From positions 27,199,914-27,263,913 of the forward strand of contig NC_090383.1 of the NCBI RefSeq assembly GCF_036365525.1: a stretch of 64,000 bases of DNA, in the 5' to 3' direction. Below the pieces are notes generated by a model. The model saw only the letters and a program-made list of their open reading frames with translations. It was not told the origin of the DNA and made no database searches. The DNA comes from Heterodontus francisci. Taxonomy: Eukaryota. The translations under genes and the position numbers were made by a program. Positions 61,279-64,000 of this stretch are shown here, piece by piece. The first letter of the stretch is position 1, and each line of letters begins with the position of its first letter.

Positions 61279-63589
61279 GTGGGCTTGTGTGATTCGATGC
61301 AAGATTTTTGTAAAGGCAGAATTTAAGGGAGGGGGCACCAAAATGTACCTCCAACATTTCCCTAATAGGCTAATAGATATATTAGGAGCTTAGAAAGCTT
61401 TACAGCAACATTGTAGGCAATAATATAGTGAATGGTAGCCTGATTGAACTAGCTCATTGTTCTTAGCTGTGAGTCAGAGACAGCTTCAGTGCTGACATGT
61501 TGAGATGTTAGGCCTATCATTCCCTTTTGATACATTATGAAGTTCCACACTAAGGATCTCGCGAATGGACATCATTTTACATTCAGTCTGTTGCAGGAGG
61601 GGAAGTTTGCATAAAATGCCGACTCCCGATGTAGTTTCCGAATATCAATTCTAAGTTATTGATCAGAATAAGAAGCGGGACAGACAACTGTGATCGTTCA
61701 AGTGATATTTCCCTTAACATTTGGGAGTACAGTGCAATGCATTAGAATATTATCTCCTTTTTTTTTGACCAAGTTGAGCACCAAAATAAAAAATATGGAT
61801 AAAAAAAATCTTTAAAAAAAAAATCAGCCCTGCAAAGATGGGACATCTCATTATAAACACCTGTTTGGGAGCCAACCAAAAGTGTGTTATTAGACCATTT
61901 AAATTGTAATCTAGAGCCCAACAATCTACTATGAATTGTCAAATGTTTGGGTAACTTCCCCTTTGCCCAGTTCATTTGAGTATTGTTATAGCAAAAACTG
62001 TTTTAAATTATGCAGAAAAGACACATTTAAAAAAAATTAATGTTCTTTCCCTTTTCTGAGCCTTTCTCTCACTGCCCCTGAAAATATTGGCCTGATAATT
62101 GGACCATGTTGAGGCCATTTTGCAGGCGCAGTGAGGGCCAATTTCTGGGATCATTGTCCCACGCCCCAGAGGACACTTGAAAGATGTCCAGCCTGATATT
62201 GGGTCAAGCTATTTTTCAGGTGTCTCTGGCAGCCGCCTGAAAGATGTTAGGTCTATCATTTACTTATGTATGACACTCTTTTTAGAACCCCTGTGTGAAA
62301 TCAGGAAGCATGGAGTGGGACCCTAAGTGTGCTACGCACCAGAATCTTCAGTCGCTAAAGACTAAACAGCGGCTGCCACCAAAAGGTGAATTTTTAAAAC
62401 GCTCCTGTGGAGTAGTATGAGTGTGTTTGATGACTCTAGTGTCCTGACCACTCTACCTTTTCCCTGGACTTACCTTTGGCTCACTTGCCTCACCAGTCTA
62501 TATAAAATTTGCGGACTGCCTCTGGAGGAGTGACTTCAGGCTGGCCTGGCACCTCTTGGTTGCAGTGCACGCTGTGTACACGTTGTTGTGTATGTGTCTG
62601 AAAATGGACCATAAACATATTCTAGACCAATGACTGCTTTCTGGGGTATGATTCCATGGGAAGTGGTTGACCTCACCCAGTTGGTTGTTATTCATGTATG
62701 TGTCTTGCCAGCAGGCTATCCTATGCACATCTGATGTCCATACTCACTAGGCATTGGTGGATAACGGGGAGCAACAACCCTACCCAATTTTTCCTTCTGA
62801 ACCCCAGGGTGCTGCAGTCAATTACATTGGCCTTTAATTGCCGCCCTGGCTGAGAGCAAAGGACTTCAACAGAAATGAAAATTGGGAGAGGTGTATGATG
62901 TGCAGCTGATCTTATAAAGTCTGACTTACACTATTGCCCAATGGCTACAAAATTAAAACCACTAAATGAGCTCTATTTAGTAGACCATTTGAAGTAGTAA
63001 CATTTGTTAGCTAGTATTTGTAATTCAGTAAATGTTTTATCACTAATCAGTAAGTCTGTTAATATGCGACACTATGAATTTTTAAAAACAAACAAGGGGC
63101 ACTTAGAAGTAATCAGTTAGCCCTTTGTATCTGATGTGTTGCTGTTTTGAGGTAGCTTTGCGACTAGCAGACAGTAGTAATTTGCCCAGTGGCTAAACAA
63201 GGTCAGTACAGTTTAATGACTGAACACTGGTTGGCTGATGTGAGCAGGGTGGGGAAGAGTGCTTCAGCTGCTGCTGCCTGCAGAAATACAAAGTCAACAA
63301 GCCTGTTGGTGTAAACACTGCTGTCAAAGGTGGGATTTAAGCAATAGTTCTGCTAAAATAAGTTATTTTGGTTGTGTTCACCATGTAAGACAACAGCATT
63401 CGCACTGCATTCCACACCGATCTGCCCACAACTGTTGGACCTTTGAACTTTACCATTACTAAACTATATGCAATGAGATTAAGCAGCACCTTAATCTAGC
63501 TGCAGGTTCTGTGGTTGCAGGTTTCCCTGGACATCTAGATCTGGCCTTATGCAACTTAAAATTGTGACTCCTGATCCTCCCTAACCTAT

Positions 63590-64000
63590 TTTATTGGAAG
63601 AAACTGTAAACTTGAATACAATCAATTCCCTTCATCATTTTATAAATCTCAATCAGATCACTGCTAAATTTACACTTCTCCAAAGTGTAGCGTTCCAGCT
63701 CTTTTAGCCTAGCTTGATAATTAAGATGTTTCAAATTGGGAATGAATCTAGTAGCCCACCTCTGCATCCTTTCCAAAGCCTCAATATTACCTACCAGGTG
63801 TGGAGACCAAAACTGGACATAGTATTCCAAGTGAGGCATGGCTGAGGTCTTGTACAAGGTCAAAATATTATGTCTTGTCTAATAGCTAATGTTTCTGGGA
63901 ATGCACCCCAACACACTATTTATTTGCTGTAGCCATCACTTCCTGGCATTACTCCTGAAACTTGTGTATGCACTAGAATGCCCAGACCTCTTTGTTTCTC
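63590..64000 (-). mobile_element. CR1-group LINE 3' fragment
   Basis: LYKT..PHLEYYVQFWSPH...LERMQRWATR. Confidence 0.8.

Overview
Repeat-dense vertebrate genomic DNA, very likely from a cartilaginous fish (shark), judged from HE1/V-SINE-like and Deu-domain SINEs plus CR1, RTE, Penelope and Gypsy relics. Three host genes lie in the order known from human 20p11. OVOL2 is on the minus strand (coding exons 1-3 at 9712-9811, 8683-8885, 7525-7711; last exon not found in the window). PET117 is on the plus strand (28887-28982 + 44376-44540; 86 aa). KAT14/CSRP2BP is on the plus strand (coding exons 44731-44998, 52220-52341, 58007-58128, 61097-61278; continues past the right edge), and its ATG lies only 190 nt after the PET117 stop. 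The most unusual signals are: (1) a 3.2-kb single-ORF CR1-group LINE that starts with a tRNA-like A/B-box head and almost lacks Pol III terminator T-runs; (2) a tandem array of about 7 degenerate tRNA-Pro primer-binding sites behind a Gypsy LTR; (3) the PET117-KAT14 spacer, with a polyA signal and an in-frame cryptic acceptor; (4) two long palindromes near promoters. All calls come from reading the sequence by eye; no database searches were run, and repeat boundaries are approximate unless a TSD is quoted.
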